Source: Enterobacterales bacterium
Lineage (GTDB): Bacteria; Pseudomonadota; Gammaproteobacteria; Enterobacterales; GCA-2746155
Reading direction: 5' to 3'
DNA length: 64,000 bases
Assembly (NCBI GenBank): GCA_965250035.1
Contig: OZ252282.1
Span: 2,472,515-2,536,514, forward strand
Position 1 is the first letter of the stretch. Every line of letters begins with the position of its first letter. This document shows, piece after piece, positions 62,560 through 64,000 of this stretch. The notes under the pieces are model-generated. The model was not told where the DNA came from. It ran no database searches and was given only the letters and a program-made list of their open reading frames with translations. Both the position numbers and the translations under genes were made by a program.

Positions 62560-63129
62560 GTGACGCGCGATTTTGCCTCAAAAAGTAAGAAACGCTCAAA
62601 TGCCACACGCTTTAATGAAAGCGTCAAAGAGAGTAATACGAACTTCGTCGTGATGATCCTATGTCTGGTTTTAGGCATCGCCATCACATTGACGGCTGTC
62701 TACTTTTATTATAACGCCCCGACAGAGGCTCCTACACAAACAGTCGCTGAAATAGCCAAGCCTCCATCTGCAAAAAACCGCTATAAAGCCGTTCCTGCAG
62801 ATGAGATAGAGGAATCTGAATTTGAGTACCACAAAGAACTGCCAAAGAAAAAAATAGAGATTGAAGTAGAACCTTTACCAGAGATAAAGAGTAACGCTAC
62901 ACAAACCTATGTGATGCAGTGCGGCTCATTCCGTCAAATGTCGCGGGCAGAAAATCTGAAAGCACAGATTGCATTGACGGGATTCGAGGCACGAATAAGA
63001 AGTTCACGCAACGACGAAGGCCATCTGTGGCATCGAGTCGTATTGGGACCCTATCAATCGAAGCGCCTCGCTGATCAGGACCGTCATGATATTCAACGCA
63101 ATACGGATATCGACTGCAGGATCTGGTAA
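62560..63129 (+). CDS. SPOR domain protein, FtsN-like by position
   Basis: GTG start 1 nt after the argS stop. Basic N-terminus, one TM, and a C-terminal SPOR domain (YVMQCGSFRQMSRAENLKAQIALTGFEARI...WHRVVLGPYQS). It lies directly upstream of hslVU, as ftsN does in E. coli. Confidence 0.8.
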   Translation: MTRDFASKSKKRSNATRFNESVKESNTNFVVMILCLVLGIAITLTAVYFYYNAPTEAPTQTVAEIAKPPSAKNRYKAVPADEIEESEFEYHKELPKKKIEIEVEPLPEIKSNATQTYVMQCGSFRQMSRAENLKAQIALTGFEARIRSSRNDEGHLWHRVVLGPYQSKRLADQDRHDIQRNTDIDCRIW

Positions 63130-63141
63130 CTTCTAGCGATA

Positions 63142-63169
63142 TTGAAAGCCATCTAAACACCCCCATATA
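63142..63169 (+). promoter_or_regulatory. sigma-32 (heat-shock) promoter of hslVU
   Basis: TTGAAA (63142-63147), 13 nt, then CCCCATATA (63161-63169). It has the same -10 sequence and spacing as the groES promoter in this window. Confidence 0.72.
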
Positions 63170-63200
63170 GTTGCAATTAGTACAGCTAACGAGAAATCCC

Positions 63201-63743
63201 ATGGAACAAATGCGTGGTACCACGATTCTGTCTGTTCGCAGACAGGGCAAAGTAGTGATTGGCGGCGATGGTCAGGTCACTCAGGGCAACACTGTGATGA
63301 AAGGAAATGCCCGAAAAGTCAGGCGCCTATTTCATGACAAGGTAATCGCAGGGTTCGCTGGCGGAACAGCGGATGCTTTTACACTATTTGAACGCTTTGA
63401 ACGAAAGTTGGAAATGAACCAGGGCAAGCTGATGAAGGCAGCCGTTGAAATGGCGAAAGATTGGCGTACCGACAAGATGCTCAGACGCCTCGAAGCCTTG
63501 CTGGTCGTTGCAGATGCAGAACATTCCCTCGTGATTACCGGAAATGGCGATGTTATCGAGCCACCTGATGGCCTGATGGCTATCGGCTCTGGAGGCCCGT
63601 TCGCTCAGGCAGCTGCCATGGCACTGTGCGATAGCACCGAACTGAGTGCTCGTGAAATCGTTGAAAAGAGTCTAAATATAGCCGGCGATATCTGTATCTA
63701 CACCAACCATAATTTAACAATCGAAGAACTGGAATCAAATTAA
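63201..63743 (+). CDS. hslV: ATP-dependent protease subunit HslV
   Basis: [27 protein letters not shown]... with GSGG. ATG 63201 is downstream of the sigma-32 promoter. The track TTG 63171 would lie upstream of the predicted transcription start. Confidence 0.94.
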   Translation: MEQMRGTTILSVRRQGKVVIGGDGQVTQGNTVMKGNARKVRRLFHDKVIAGFAGGTADAFTLFERFERKLEMNQGKLMKAAVEMAKDWRTDKMLRRLEALLVVADAEHSLVITGNGDVIEPPDGLMAIGSGGPFAQAAAMALCDSTELSAREIVEKSLNIAGDICIYTNHNLTIEELESN

Positions 63744-64000
63744 TGTCTACCATGACACCTAGAGAAATTGTCCACGAACTGGACAAGCACATCATTGGCC
63801 AGGCAGATGCTAAACGCGCCGTCGCGATTGCGTTGCGCAACCGTTGGCGTAGGATGCAGGTCGAAGAGCCACTCAGGGGCGAAATCACACCTAAGAATAT
63901 CCTGATGATAGGTCCTACCGGGGTTGGAAAAACTGAGATTGCCAGGCGTCTGGCCAAGTTGGCCAATGCGCCCTTCTTAAAGGTCGAAGCGACCAAATTT
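63743..64000 (+). CDS. hslU: ATP-dependent protease ATPase subunit HslU (5' part, runs off the right edge)
   Basis: TAATG overlap with the hslV stop. [37 protein letters not shown]...[32 protein letters not shown]. Open to the window end. Confidence 0.96.
   Translation, partial: MSTMTPREIVHELDKHIIGQADAKRAVAIALRNRWRRMQVEEPLRGEITPKNILMIGPTGVGKTEIARRLAKLANAPFLKVEATKF

Overview
This window looks like a densely packed core chromosomal segment of a moderate-GC, non-enteric (probably marine) gammaproteobacterium. I support about 66 protein-coding genes. I could not recognise any rRNA, tRNA, CRISPR array, IS/transposase, integrase or phage gene.

Gene order, left to right:
- tail of a vWA-like gene, then an ECF sigma/anti-sigma pair
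- a complete aa3 cytochrome c oxidase structural and biogenesis cluster: coxB-coxA-ctaG-coxC, DUF2909, SURF1, an unknown ORF, ctaA, ctaB, SCO1
- soxR with a canonical sox-box promoter facing a VOC / methyltransferase / MATE unit
- marR-modB-modC, plsB, a VanZ-like membrane protein, rpe, and a pilin-accessory-like membrane protein
- a repeat-built intergenic region
- crp / yhfA-like, coq7, an HDOD protein
- purD, purH, fis, dusB
- a zinc-ribbon/DUF3426 gene carrying a 15-bp tandem repeat
- prmA, accC, accB, aroQ
- tandem GNAT, VOC, YbjQ, AbgT
- dsbD-cutA, fxsA, groES-groEL, coaD, a PilZ protein
- a Tat-dependent GMC oxidoreductase pair with a YheT-like hydrolase
- hemE, a DamX-like AAA/SPOR protein, aroB, aroK
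- pilQPONM, divergent from mrcA
- rpmE, priA, argS, an FtsN-like SPOR protein, hslV, and partial hslU

Many ORF-track starts use upstream alternative start codons. I trimmed them where homology, Shine-Dalgarno (SD) sequences or promoters argue for a later start.

I did not find a convincing, wholly new multi-gene system. The best leads, all of modest interest, are:
- the SoxR-box-controlled detox/efflux unit
- a MarR gene with a 35-bp perfect palindrome fused to an orphan modBC
- a modular repeat element filling the intergenic region downstream of crp
- a perfect in-frame 15-bp VNTR (variable-number tandem repeat)
- a CutA with an unexplained roughly 110-128 aa N-terminal extension

All family calls come from motif reading and memory. 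No searches were run.
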